A stretch of DNA of 58,885 bases, counting the filler. It is 2 parts of 2 records of this genome, joined end to end, with 100 filler letters (N's around TTAATTAATTAA, not from the genome) between each part and the next. Parts side by side here need not be neighbours in the genome. Positions count along the whole stretch, not along the records: positions 30,402 to 58,885 come from SRR31156797_8699; 1 more part is not named here. One strand, given 5' to 3'. The notes beneath the pieces were generated by a model. That model was not told where the DNA came from. It made no database searches and saw only the letters and a program-made list of their open reading frames with translations. A program made the position numbers and the translations under genes. This document shows positions 48,320-58,436 of the stretch, one piece after another (the first letter of the stretch is position 1; the number at the start of each line of letters is the position of its first letter).

Positions 48320-49306
48320 TTAGAATGCTGGATTCTTATGCCAGCGATAAGCTGTTTTAATGATTTCGCGCAGGTCGGCGTATTGCGGGGTCCACTTGAG
48401 CATTTCAGCAGCTTTTGAGCTGTCGGCCACCAGTCTTGGGGAATCACCAGCCCTTGCCGGTTCGTAATCAAATTTGATTTCTCTTCCGATCACTTCACTT
48501 GAAGATTTAATCACATCAAGGATACTGAATCCTTTGCCGTTTCCAAGGTTGAAAGAGTGGGCGCCCTTGTTGCTGTTCATAAAACCGATAGCTTTGAGAT
48601 GTGCGTCACAGAGGTCCAGAATATGGATGTAATCGCGCACACAGGTTCCGTCCGGTGTGGGGTAGTCGCTGCCGAAAATTTTCAGTCTACGTTCTTCGTC
48701 AATACTGCTGAGCAGGATGTTGGGAATGAGATGGGTTTCAGGTGAGTGCGCCTCCCCGAGAGTACTGTCCGGGTGTGCGCCTGCGGCATTAAAATATCTG
48801 AAACAGACCGAGTCCAGCCCGTAAGCAACCGCGTAGTCCTGTAAAATTTCTTCAACCTGAAGTTTTGTTCTGCCGTACGGGTTCAGAGGTTTGAGCGGAT
48901 GCTCTTCGGTGATCATTTCCATTACCGGTTCTCCATAAACTGCTGCAGTGGATGAAAATATAAATTTTTCTACGCCGTGCTTGTACATGGCCTGCAACAG
49001 ATTAAGAGTTCCGGTTACGTTGTTGTCGTAATACTCAAACGGTTTTTCCACTGATTCACTGACCACGATCAGCCCGGAGAAGTGGAAGACTGCATCAAAA
49101 GAATTTTCAGCAAAAAGTCTTCCAAGGTCTTCGGGGTTACGCAGGTCTCCTTGCACAAATTTTCCCCATTTAAGTGCTTCCACATGTCCTGTGGATAGGT
49201 TGTCGAAGACTGTGACATCGTGTCCGGCCTCGGCAATCATTCTGGTCATGTGTGAGCCGATATATCCTGCACCGCCGCAGACGAGCAGGGATAGTTTATT
49301 GCTCAT
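48320..49306 (-). CDS. galE: UDP-glucose 4-epimerase
   Basis: GGAGYIGSH, SSTAAVYG, YGRTK (YxxxK), RYFNAAGA, DGTCVRDYIH. Confidence 0.97.
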   Translation of the reverse strand: MSNKLSLLVCGGAGYIGSHMTRMIAEAGHDVTVFDNLSTGHVEALKWGKFVQGDLRNPEDLGRLFAENSFDAVFHFSGLIVVSESVEKPFEYYDNNVTGTLNLLQAMYKHGVEKFIFSSTAAVYGEPVMEMITEEHPLKPLNPYGRTKLQVEEILQDYAVAYGLDSVCFRYFNAAGAHPDSTLGEAHSPETHLIPNILLSSIDEERRLKIFGSDYPTPDGTCVRDYIHILDLCDAHLKAIGFMNSNKGAHSFNLGNGKGFSILDVIKSSSEVIGREIKFDYEPARAGDSPRLVADSSKAAEMLKWTPQYADLREIIKTAYRWHKNPAF

Positions 49307-49520
49307 TATTATGCTCCGGTTTTAGTGAGTAAATTTAAAATCAACCGCAACGACTATTTATCAAAATGGATGATTTGTCGAGAGGAGCTGAACTTAAGGC
49401 TATAAACGGTGAGAATCTATTTGAGCGGGTGCTGATTGAGAGTTGTTGAACCTGATTGATATCTGTTATGATGTTCAATCTGAAATTATTTCAATTTGAT
49501 TATTAACCGAGGATGATGAT

Positions 49521-51083
49521 TTGCGAAAAAAAATTATATGCATGACTCTGGCTTTGTACGTTTTGTTTTGCAGTTCAGCTTTTGCAGTTTCAGAGAGGGT
49601 TGTTTTTTATCCCTCAGGTGCTGATTTCAGTAGTAAAGTTAAAGCTGACCTGAAGCGTGATGTAAACGGTGATTATGTAATGTTTACCTTGTCCGGGCAG
49701 GCTGTACCGGAAACATTCACCATAGCATCTTTGACCAAAGGGGTGGCAATTAATGATGTTTCATGGACCCGGAGTGATTTGTCCCGTTCTCCTGCGGCAA
49801 TCGAATTGGGTAAAAAAATTGACCAGCTTAAGTTTAAGAGGGATGCCGTAATCTCCCAGAAACAGGCTGTGGATGGCGGGATTTCCTTTTGGAAGGAGCG
49901 GGGGATTGATCAGCAGATTAAACCCGCAGATTTGGGGAATATAGCTGGGCAGGTGGTTAGCAACCTTTCCAAGCTTTATACTGAATCTGCAAAGCTCAAG
50001 GTCAAAATTAATGAGTTGCAGGAACTTATTGATGACTTACAGCGTCAGTTGAAGGAAATGTCCGGAGGCGACAAGCTGGTCTGGAATGTTATAGTTTCAG
50101 TAGCTGCTAACGGAGCCAAAAGTGCTGATTTTAAAATAGGCTATATGCTGCGCAATTGTGGTTGGTCGCCCAAGTATAAGCTCGATGCATTTCCAGGTGC
50201 CGGAAAGGTAAAGTTTACCTTCGAAGCGGAAATTTATCAGGGAAGCGGCATGGATTTTATGAATTGTGATGTAGCACTTGCAACGGTTAAAAAACATTCC
50301 CGAATTTCACCGCCTGAGCTTGGACGCTGGATAATTGAACCCAAGCCTGAGCCTGAGCCTGAGCCGGAAATGGCCCGTTATGCCATGGATGGAATGAATA
50401 TGGCCATGGAAGCAGCTTCAGCCCCTGCTGGAGGTGGAGGAGGTAGAGACTTTAAGCGGGCTCCCAAGCGGGTAAGTAAGACAACATATTCATTGTGGGA
50501 AATGGGTAGGAAGTCCATCCCGGCCGGAAGTACCCGTAAATATGCAGTTGAAAGTGAAATATGGAAGTCTGATTTTACATTTATAGCGCGTCCTTCTCTT
50601 AGTCCTGATATTTTTGTTTCCTCAAAAACGTTGTTGACTGAAGCCAAGGATTACCCTGTTGGAGTGGCTCTGATGTTTATGGAAGGAACCATGATTGGCA
50701 AAAAACGCTTTTCCTTCTCCGGTAAGGAAAAGAAATTGTTTTTTGGTTCTGATCCCATGCTTAAGGCGGAGCGCAAAACTGTAGAGAAGAAATCAGGTGA
50801 ACTGGGTATGTTTAGCTCTAAGCAGACATATAGCTGGAAGTACCGTCTTGAGCTTGAAAATAGCCGTAAATCGCCCGTGAAAGTGCTGGTCCAGGAGCCG
50901 TCACCAGTGTCAGGAGACAAGCGTATAAAACTGGAAATTATAACCGAGCCTAAGGCTGAAATTAAGGATGATAATTTTGAGTGGCTGGTAGAGGTTCCCG
51001 CTGCCGGTAAATATGTTGTTAATTACGGAGTTGAAATGAAGGCTCCGGACGATATGGATCTTGATCTGGGTATTGGCAGATAA
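49521..51083 (+). CDS. DUF4140/DUF4139 (mucoidy inhibitor MuiA-like) exported protein
   Basis: Signal peptide, VVFYPSGA, coiled coil, WSPKY, QGSGMDF, FFGSDP, ENSRK..V.VQEPSP; TTG start after GAGG. Confidence 0.85.
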   Translation: MRKKIICMTLALYVLFCSSAFAVSERVVFYPSGADFSSKVKADLKRDVNGDYVMFTLSGQAVPETFTIASLTKGVAINDVSWTRSDLSRSPAAIELGKKIDQLKFKRDAVISQKQAVDGGISFWKERGIDQQIKPADLGNIAGQVVSNLSKLYTESAKLKVKINELQELIDDLQRQLKEMSGGDKLVWNVIVSVAANGAKSADFKIGYMLRNCGWSPKYKLDAFPGAGKVKFTFEAEIYQGSGMDFMNCDVALATVKKHSRISPPELGRWIIEPKPEPEPEPEMARYAMDGMNMAMEAASAPAGGGGGRDFKRAPKRVSKTTYSLWEMGRKSIPAGSTRKYAVESEIWKSDFTFIARPSLSPDIFVSSKTLLTEAKDYPVGVALMFMEGTMIGKKRFSFSGKEKKLFFGSDPMLKAERKTVEKKSGELGMFSSKQTYSWKYRLELENSRKSPVKVLVQEPSPVSGDKRIKLEIITEPKAEIKDDNFEWLVEVPAAGKYVVNYGVEMKAPDDMDLDLGIGR

Positions 51084-51106
51084 AGTTGCTTTTTCCGTTC
51101 AAAAAG

Positions 51107-51139
51107 AAAAGGCCCGTTCCATTCGGAACGGGCCTTTTT
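51107..51139. terminator. Bidirectional terminator
   Basis: AAAAGGCCCGTTCC-ATTC-GGAACGGGCCTTTT perfect stem between convergent genes. Confidence 0.9.
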
Positions 51140-51161
51140 GTATGCTTTGCAATATCTGAAA

Positions 51162-52451
51162 TTAGAATTCGAATCCAACGTCAAGAGAGACAATGTGGGT
51201 GCGGGAATTGCTGATTTCAGTATCGAGAATGCCTTCAGTCGGTCTTGCCTCGATGGTGCGGTCTTTCATCCAAAGGTAGTTGTATGCAGCATCGATTTTG
51301 AAGTTATCATACTTCCAGCCGATACCCAGAGATACGTTCTGACGGTCACTGGTAGGAAGCATGTAGTCGATGTATCCATCGGGGATGGGGCTCTGATCGT
51401 AGAAGTAGCCGACTCTGAGGGCGAGGTCTTCGATAGGCAGATATTCAACACCTACTTCGAATCTCCATACGTCATTCCATTTTTTTACGGCTTGAACGTC
51501 GTTAACACCAACTGCTGTAGTCTTGTCAAAATGGTAATCAATGGCGCTGTAATCGCTCCACAGGGACCAGATAGCATCAAATTCGATGCTTAGATTTTTG
51601 ATGGGTTTGTATTCAACACCACCGAAAACCATGTGCGGTGTGTTCATGTCCATGGAAATGTCAGAATCATTGAATCTGTTGGCAGGAACTGCAAGTCCGG
51701 TGGGAACATTGTAGCTTGCGGAACCGGAAGCTCTATGATCCATCTTGCTGCGCCATGAGAGACCGATTGCCCACTGATCGTTGGGGGTAATGTGAATACC
51801 TGCGTTAATGCCGGGAGTGAATCCGTTAACAATGATACGCTGGTCAACATCGGCGGCGTAAGTGGTTGGATCTTTTAAGCCAGCAGCATCAAGTTTCTTT
51901 CTGAGGTCCGCACGGACTTTCATGAATTCAAGACCAACTGCCATGGAGAAAAATTCGTTGAATTTATAGGCAAGGTTGGTGTTGAGCGAGTAACTTTCAA
52001 TGGCAGTGTTGTAGGAAGCATATCTACCTGCCCAGTTTTCGTCGAATTCAGTTCCGAGGCCGAAGCGGGTAAATGTACCAACACCCAGCCAGATTTTATC
52101 ATTAATCTGATGGGTAATGAAAGCATTGGGCGGAAAGAAAGAGTTCTCGGTCATACTGGATTTAGTGCTAACACCATTGTAGGTGGTGCTCAGATCCATC
52201 TTCGGAGAGATCATGGCTACACCAGCATGAATATGTGTTCCTTCCAGTTGTGTGATACCCGCTGGGTTCCATGCAACAGCTGACGGATCATCTGCTTTTG
52301 CTACCATGGCACCGCCAAGTGCGTTACCTCGAGCTCCCCACTCGTAGATGGCAAAGCCTGCTGCTTCAGCCTTGTTGCTGAATCCGGGGACTATTGCCAG
52401 TCCCATTAAAATAATTAGCATGCTGAGGCATGCTGTAAATTTGGTCCTCAT
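51162..52451 (-). CDS. FadL/OmpP1-family outer-membrane transporter
   Basis: Signal peptide, then AGFAIYE; GGAMVAKADDPSAVAWNPAG hatch motif; FGLGTEF; C-terminal Phe. Confidence 0.92.
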   Translation of the reverse strand: MRTKFTACLSMLIILMGLAIVPGFSNKAEAAGFAIYEWGARGNALGGAMVAKADDPSAVAWNPAGITQLEGTHIHAGVAMISPKMDLSTTYNGVSTKSSMTENSFFPPNAFITHQINDKIWLGVGTFTRFGLGTEFDENWAGRYASYNTAIESYSLNTNLAYKFNEFFSMAVGLEFMKVRADLRKKLDAAGLKDPTTYAADVDQRIIVNGFTPGINAGIHITPNDQWAIGLSWRSKMDHRASGSASYNVPTGLAVPANRFNDSDISMDMNTPHMVFGGVEYKPIKNLSIEFDAIWSLWSDYSAIDYHFDKTTAVGVNDVQAVKKWNDVWRFEVGVEYLPIEDLALRVGYFYDQSPIPDGYIDYMLPTSDRQNVSLGIGWKYDNFKIDAAYNYLWMKDRTIEARPTEGILDTEISNSRTHIVSLDVGFEF

Positions 52452-52856
52452 ATACACTCCTTCAAATAATGCTGAAAATGCTTAATGACTTAGCTATGAT
52501 AAAGTCATCCCCTCAAGAAAATGCATATACTGACTATCTTGAATGTTAAATTAAGTAAAGTAAAATTGACGCAATTGTAAATTGTTGTGAAAATAATACA
52601 GGGTTAAATCAATTTATATTTGCATACATGTGTGTATGTTTAATTGTTGTGAAGAGTTGTGTTAAGTTGTTGGTCTTGTATGAGTTGGGTATTGCAATGT
52701 TGATGCTAGTCTGTTGTGTGTAAATAATAGTGATAATGAATTGAGTAATGTTGTGAGGAATAGTAGGTTGTACTGTTTTGGGTTTGCTTAATATTGTTTC
52801 GTATTTTGTATGCTTGAGTTTGTGTCGATTTAGATGAGAACTACGTTGATTAACAT

Positions 52857-52889
52857 AAAAAAGGCAACCACATCCCTGTGACTGCCTTT
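52857..52889 (-). terminator. Terminator of the rplI-dnaB-paaK-thrC-tlyA gene run
   Basis: AAAGGCA/TGCCTTT stem with a U tract on the minus strand, downstream of tlyA. Confidence 0.6.
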
Positions 52890-52913
52890 ATGATCTTCTA
52901 TAGATTTAATTAA

Positions 52914-53657
52914 TCAGCGAACAAAATACGCAAGATATTCCTGATTTCCTTTAGGTCCCTTAATGCTTGAAGGGACTAAACCCTTGAGCTGGAGGCCAAG
53001 CTCGGTAGAAGCAAAATTAACAATCATATCTACGGCTTGTTGCCTGAGTGCTTTATCACGAACGACTCCTTTATCTGTCTGGCCGAGGCCGACTTCGAAT
53101 TGCGGTTTGATCAAACAAACGATCTCGCCATTCTCCTTAAGGAATCGTACTAATGCCGGAAGTATCTTGGTCAAAGAAATGAAGGATACGTCGCAGACTA
53201 CCAGATCAACTTTCTCAGGAATCAGGTCTTCTTCGGCATGGCGTAGGTTGATGCGCTCAAGGTTGGTAACCCGTTCATCCTGTTGCAGTTGCCAATGCAG
53301 CTGCCCGTAACCAACGTCTGCGGCATAAACACGAACAGCACCGAATTGGAGCATACAGTCGGTAAATCCTCCCGTGGAGGCTCCTGCATCAAGAGCAACC
53401 TTGTCCTTGGGATCAAGACCAAGTTCTTCGATAGCTGTAAGTAGTTTGTAGCCGCCACGGCTCACAAAACGGTCACGGCCTTTGACCACGATCTCTAGAT
53501 CGGGATCAAGCTGCATTCCAGGCTTGGTTACCGGAAGTTTTTGTCCGTCCTTGAGGTAGTGGGCCTGTCCGGCCATAATCATGCGCTTGGCCTGCTCTCG
53601 GCTTTCTGAAAGTCCTTGAGCAAAGAGCATCTGATCTGCGCGTTCCTTCTTTGCCAC
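52914..53657 (-). CDS. tlyA: TlyA-family rRNA (cytidine-2'-O)-methyltransferase
   Basis: S4 domain, FVSRGGYKL, DAGASTGGFTD, DVSFISL, IKPQFE, GPKGNQEY. Confidence 0.95.
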   Translation of the reverse strand: MAKKERADQMLFAQGLSESREQAKRMIMAGQAHYLKDGQKLPVTKPGMQLDPDLEIVVKGRDRFVSRGGYKLLTAIEELGLDPKDKVALDAGASTGGFTDCMLQFGAVRVYAADVGYGQLHWQLQQDERVTNLERINLRHAEEDLIPEKVDLVVCDVSFISLTKILPALVRFLKENGEIVCLIKPQFEVGLGQTDKGVVRDKALRQQAVDMIVNFASTELGLQLKGLVPSSIKGPKGNQEYLAYFVR

Positions 53658-55109
53658 TTATTTTTTCTCCAGACCGAGCATGGAAACAACGTTGTCTGCT
53701 GCTTTGCAAATGTAATCAGCTTCGGACATTTTCTCTTTTTCACTACCTTCAATTACTAATTCAGGCTTGTTGGCGCGGGTTGAGTCCGGGGTCACTTCAT
53801 ATTCAGCAGGGAAGTCGTTCTGGTAATACATGTCTTGAAAGCCGATGAATTTGAGCTGGTGGGCAGTGGAATCGAGTACAGCGCTTTCATTTTCGCTGAT
53901 CAGATTAAGTTCTTTGGCACGGATCAGTCCGGCAAAACATTCACCACCCTGAGTGCAGGCGATGTGTCCGTGAGAGTTAGCAAGGAGCATGGAGTCCATG
54001 ATCATCTGTTCGCTGACCTGAACCACCTGAAATGCTTCTTTGCCACCGATAGCCTCAAATTTTCCAGCAAAATGCTTTACGCGCGGAAAGGAAACCGGGT
54101 TTCCGATCATTGCTGCCTGTGCAACAGAAGGCTGGACTTTAACGGGGTGGTATTCGCGCTCGTTAACGTCTTCAACGGAGTAGTAACGGTAAACCGGATC
54201 GGCATGAGCTGACTGCACACCGAATACGCGGGGCAGGTCGGTGATGATTTTAAGTTCGTAGAGTTTAAGGAAACCGGCCATAATGGCAGTGATGTTACCT
54301 GCATTTCCGATGGGAACGAAGATGCATTTGTCTTTGAGATCCCAATCGTACCACTGAGCAACTTCAAAGGCGTAGGATTCCTGGCCCAGAATACGCCAAG
54401 AGTTTTTGGAGTTGAGCAGGGCTACACGGTAGTTGTCAGCAAGATTCTCAACAACCTTCATGCAGTCATCAAATACTCCGGGAACTTCCAACACTGTTGC
54501 GCCGCTGCCCAGAGGCTGTGCCAACTGCTGCGGGGTAACTTTGCCTTGTGGCAGGATAACCACGGATTTAACACCGCTTTTCATATAAGAAGCGTAAAGA
54601 GCTGCTGCTGCTGAAGTATCGCCGGTGGAAGCGCAAACAGTCAGGATTTCATCCCAATCGTTTTTGTTCATCAGGGCATTGATGTAGCTGAATGCACAGG
54701 CCATGCCTCGATCTTTAAAAGATGCGCTGGGGTTCTGGCCGTCGTTTTTATAAGCGGTCTTGATTCCGGTAACGTCATTAAGAGCCGGACTGGAGGCAAC
54801 AATAGGAGTGTTGCCTTCACCGAGGTAAAGAATCTCATCTTCTTCCATTACCGGAGCGAAAAGTTCGTAGAAGCGGAAGATGCCGCGCAGGGCATCATTT
54901 TTAGTGGAGCAGCGAGCATCAAAGATTTCGCGCCATTCTTTGCCGCTGGTCTTTTTCAGTTCGTCGAAGTTCAGGTCTTCAAGAATGAAAACAGAACCGC
55001 ATTCCGGGCAGGTGTAATGCAGTTCGTTCACGTCATAACGGGCATTACAGCCCAGACAGTGGTATTCCATTTTGCCGCGATATTTCGGAAATTCATTAGC
55101 AAGAGTCAT
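53658..55109 (-). CDS. thrC: Threonine synthase
   Basis: N-terminal CxxC...CxxC, LGEGNTP, NPSASFKDRG (PLP Lys), CASTGDTSAA, PIGNAGN. Confidence 0.95.
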   Translation of the reverse strand: MTLANEFPKYRGKMEYHCLGCNARYDVNELHYTCPECGSVFILEDLNFDELKKTSGKEWREIFDARCSTKNDALRGIFRFYELFAPVMEEDEILYLGEGNTPIVASSPALNDVTGIKTAYKNDGQNPSASFKDRGMACAFSYINALMNKNDWDEILTVCASTGDTSAAAALYASYMKSGVKSVVILPQGKVTPQQLAQPLGSGATVLEVPGVFDDCMKVVENLADNYRVALLNSKNSWRILGQESYAFEVAQWYDWDLKDKCIFVPIGNAGNITAIMAGFLKLYELKIITDLPRVFGVQSAHADPVYRYYSVEDVNEREYHPVKVQPSVAQAAMIGNPVSFPRVKHFAGKFEAIGGKEAFQVVQVSEQMIMDSMLLANSHGHIACTQGGECFAGLIRAKELNLISENESAVLDSTAHQLKFIGFQDMYYQNDFPAEYEVTPDSTRANKPELVIEGSEKEKMSEADYICKAADNVVSMLGLEKK

Positions 55110-55152
55110 ATTGTTCCTCCACAGAAGAAGATATTTTTATACGAAAGATTAT

Positions 55153-55656
55153 TTAAGCAGGCCAGATTTTGGGAATACTCATGGCAAACATCCAGACGCC
55201 GAGGCTGATCTTGATGGCCATTCCAAAGGCTTTGCCCCAGAACGCGCCACATGCGGAATGTTTGGCTTCGTCAAAGGATCTGCCATGGGTAAGCTCCAAC
55301 ACAAGGCAGCCGCCGAAAGATCCGAGCAGCGCACCGGGCAGGGCGCCGAGTCCGAAAAAGAACGGTGCTCCGAGGATAGCTCCGCCAATGGCACCGATGA
55401 ACGCGCCGATATTGCCGCGTCCGGTTGCGCCGTATTTTTTGCCGCCAAAATACTGGGCCACAAATTCGAGGATTTCGCCGACAAGGGCGATTACCCCGAG
55501 AATTATGATGAAGTTCCAGGTCATTGTTTCGGGCTGGTAGAATTTCCAGCCAGCCACAAGGGCCAAAACCAGCCAGTTCGCCGGTAGCCCGAACACATGC
55601 AGTGCCAGCGAGCACAACATGAGCAGAATAACCAGAACTGCCAATGCAGTAATCAT
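55153..55656 (-). CDS. DUF456 membrane protein
   Basis: GLPANW, GGKKYGAT, Gly-rich TM helices GAFIGAIGGAILG. Confidence 0.85.
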   Translation of the reverse strand: MITALAVLVILLMLCSLALHVFGLPANWLVLALVAGWKFYQPETMTWNFIIILGVIALVGEILEFVAQYFGGKKYGATGRGNIGAFIGAIGGAILGAPFFFGLGALPGALLGSFGGCLVLELTHGRSFDEAKHSACGAFWGKAFGMAIKISLGVWMFAMSIPKIWPA

Positions 55657-55659
55657 GTT

Positions 55660-56955
55660 TTATTCCTCATCCCTGAGGTCGACAACGCGCACAGCTTTAC
55701 CTTCCGTTTTGGGGATAGAGTTGTGCTGTACAAGTTCTACTCTTGGGGTGATCAGAATCTCATCGCGCAGCATTCCGGCGATTTTTTTCTGGATGCCTTG
55801 CAATGCGCGCATATCTTCGATGAAAAATTCTTCCTTAATTTCTACCTTGACTCTGATCTGGTCCATGAGGCCTTCTTTGATCAGCTCGATGAGGTAGTTC
55901 TGGCCCACTTCAGGGATACCCATGATGATTTTTTCAATCTGCATGGGATAGATATTTACACCTTTGAGGATGAGCATATCATCGGCGCGGCCCATGATGC
56001 GATCTATGCGGCGTGAAGTACGTCCACATTTACACTGGCCGGGGATAAAGCGGGTCAGGTCACGGGTACGATAGCGGATGATGGGCATGCCTTCGCGGGT
56101 TAGAGTGGTCATGACCAGTTCTCCAACTTCGCCTTCAGCAACATGCTCACCTGTTTCGGGATTAATGATCTCTGCAATGTAGGAATCTTCCCAGACGTGC
56201 ATGCCGTCCTGCTCGGTGCATTCAAAAGCTACACCCGGACCGTTCATTTCAGACAGGCCGTAAGAGTTGTAAGCTTTAATGTGCATTAGCTCTTCGATTT
56301 TGCGGCGGGTGTGCTCGGTGTGCGGTTCAGCTCCGATGAGGGCAATTTTCCAAGGCATTTCAGCCGGATCATAACCTTCTTCGCGAACTTTAGCTGCAAA
56401 GTAGAGGGCGAAAGATGGGATGATGTGTAGGGCGGTGACATTGAAATCACGGATCAGTTTGATCTGGCGTTTGGTATTACCTGCCCCTGCGGGAACAGTC
56501 AGGCAGCCGAGGCGCTCGGAACCATAATGAATACCGAGGCCTCCGGTAAACAGACCGTAACCGGACATGTTCTGGAGTACATCACTTTTGCGCACGCCTA
56601 CTGCGTACATGGAGCGGGCCATGAGGTCAGCCCATGTATCGAGGTCCTTCTGCGTGTAGAGGACGGCTGTGGGAGTTCCGGTGGTACCGGAAGAAGCGTG
56701 CAGGCGTACAAAATTATCCAGCGGCTGGGTCAGTAATCCGTAGGGATACTGGGAGCGCAGGTCATCTTTTGTGGTAAAGGGTAGCTTCTTTACATCATCA
56801 GCTGTTTTGATGATGGATGGATCGATGCTGTTTTTCTTGAAAACTTCACTATAATACGGAGAATTTGCAGCCAGTTCGATGGTTTTCTTCAGTCTTTTAA
56901 CTTGGAGTTCTTCCAGTTTACCCCTTTCAAGGGTTTCGGCTTCATGAAAATACAT
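55660..56955 (-). CDS. paaK: Phenylacetate-CoA ligase family protein
   Basis: LPFTTKDDLR, HASSGTTGTP, YGLFTGGLG, YGLSEM, RYRTRD, GRADDM. Confidence 0.92.
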   Translation of the reverse strand: MYFHEAETLERGKLEELQVKRLKKTIELAANSPYYSEVFKKNSIDPSIIKTADDVKKLPFTTKDDLRSQYPYGLLTQPLDNFVRLHASSGTTGTPTAVLYTQKDLDTWADLMARSMYAVGVRKSDVLQNMSGYGLFTGGLGIHYGSERLGCLTVPAGAGNTKRQIKLIRDFNVTALHIIPSFALYFAAKVREEGYDPAEMPWKIALIGAEPHTEHTRRKIEELMHIKAYNSYGLSEMNGPGVAFECTEQDGMHVWEDSYIAEIINPETGEHVAEGEVGELVMTTLTREGMPIIRYRTRDLTRFIPGQCKCGRTSRRIDRIMGRADDMLILKGVNIYPMQIEKIIMGIPEVGQNYLIELIKEGLMDQIRVKVEIKEEFFIEDMRALQGIQKKIAGMLRDEILITPRVELVQHNSIPKTEGKAVRVVDLRDEE

Positions 56956-57008
56956 TAATTTTCTCCGTGTAGATGTTTTCTGTGCATCACGTCATAAATA
57001 TTATCCGA

Positions 57009-58436
57009 TTACTCATCGTCGTATTCAGACGGATATGGTTCGGCAGCAAGGTTCTCAAAAGCGGTATAGGGGCCGAGAAAGGCCAGTTTTACAATACCAG
57101 TGGGGCCGTTACGCTGCTTACCGATGATAACTTCCGCAGTATTGGTGATAGGTTTGTCTTCTTTCTTGTTGTAGAAATCTTCGCGGTAAAGGAAAAGAAT
57201 AATATCAGCATCCTGTTCGATTGCACCTGATTCACGCAGGTCAGACATCATGGGACGTTTGTCAGTACGTTCTTCAACCTTACGGTTAAGCTGTGACAGG
57301 GCAATGACAGGGATATTCAATTCTTTAGCCAGTGCTTTCAGTGTCCGTGAAATATCGGAAATTTCCTGTTCTCGGGAATCAACACGGGCACTGGAACGCA
57401 TAAGCTGCAGGTAATCAACCATTACCAGCCCAAGGTTGTGCTGGGATTTTAGACGTCTGCACCTTGCGCGTAATTCCATAGTGGAAATAGCGGGAGTATC
57501 ATCAATAAAAATGGGCGCTTCTGTCAAGTCCTGAGCAGCATCATAGAGCTTGGCCCAGTCTTCATCATCCAGCTGTCCGGTACGCAAGCGGGAAAGATCA
57601 ACTTTTCCGTGGCAAGCTAACATACGGGTCATAAGCTGCCCCATTGCCATTTCAAGAGAAAAAACAGCAGTGGTTACCCCGGAATGCAATGCCGCACGCA
57701 TGGCAACGTTCAGGGCAAAAGCTGTTTTGCCCATACTGGGACGTCCAGCGATAATGATCAGGTCAGAATTCTGGAGCCCTGCGGTCATCTCGTCGAATTT
57801 GTGGTATGTGGTGTTTATCCCAGTAACGAGAGATTTCTGGGCCACTCTGTTTTCGAGATCTTGAAATACTTCTTGGATGAGGGCTTTACTGCCCTTGATA
57901 GTGGTATTCTTTTTGTTGTCAGTAATGTCAAAGATGGCCTGCTCGGAATGATCGAGCAGTTCTTTAACATCCTGAGCTTCGAAGCTCTCATTGATGATGT
58001 TGGCCGCAGTGTCGATCAGACTACGCTGGATTCCTTTTTCCGCTACAATTTCAGCATGGTGCAGGGCATTGGCAGAGCTGACAACAGAGTTTGCCAGTTC
58101 AGCAAGGTATACAGGCCCGCCTACTGAATCTATTGTATCTTTAGCAGTGAGGTATTCGCTGACAGTAATCAGGTCGATGGGCGCATTTCGGCCATAGAGC
58201 TCTTCAAAGGCTCGAAAAATTTCCTGATGGGCAGGGGAGTAGAAATCGTCGGATTTGACGATATCAACGAGGTCGTTGAATATGGTATTGCTTAGAAAAA
58301 CTCCGCCAAGAACAGCCTGTTCGGCTTCAAGGTTGTGCGGCGGGACTTTACGCAAAAGATCGGACGAAGCGTCGTTAGACGCTCCGCCCGAATTGTAGTC
58401 TGAGCCTGATTTACGCTTCTGCTTCTGCTTCTGCAT
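57009..58436 (-). CDS. dnaB: Replicative DNA helicase
   Basis: PPHNLEAEQAVLG, Walker A GRPSMGKT, VDYLQL, LSQLNR, SDLRESGAIEQDAD, KQRNGP; no intein; exact start uncertain. Confidence 0.98.
   Translation of the reverse strand: MQKQKQKRKSGSDYNSGGASNDASSDLLRKVPPHNLEAEQAVLGGVFLSNTIFNDLVDIVKSDDFYSPAHQEIFRAFEELYGRNAPIDLITVSEYLTAKDTIDSVGGPVYLAELANSVVSSANALHHAEIVAEKGIQRSLIDTAANIINESFEAQDVKELLDHSEQAIFDITDNKKNTTIKGSKALIQEVFQDLENRVAQKSLVTGINTTYHKFDEMTAGLQNSDLIIIAGRPSMGKTAFALNVAMRAALHSGVTTAVFSLEMAMGQLMTRMLACHGKVDLSRLRTGQLDDEDWAKLYDAAQDLTEAPIFIDDTPAISTMELRARCRRLKSQHNLGLVMVDYLQLMRSSARVDSREQEISDISRTLKALAKELNIPVIALSQLNRKVEERTDKRPMMSDLRESGAIEQDADIILFLYREDFYNKKEDKPITNTAEVIIGKQRNGPTGIVKLAFLGPYTAFENLAAEPYPSEYDDE

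Noticed and set aside
50344-50365. (AGCCTG)3 repeat as a phase-variation tract
   Set aside because: In-frame hexamer encoding a PEPEPE linker; length changes would not switch expression
52914-53657. TlyA as a hemolysin or virulence factor
   Set aside because: Motifs and housekeeping context fit an rRNA methyltransferase; nothing in the sequence supports a toxin role
55072-55615. Several overlapping ORFs over the DUF456 gene
   Set aside because: The GC-rich, Gly-codon-rich segment has few stop codons; only the DUF456 frame has family motifs and fits the operon
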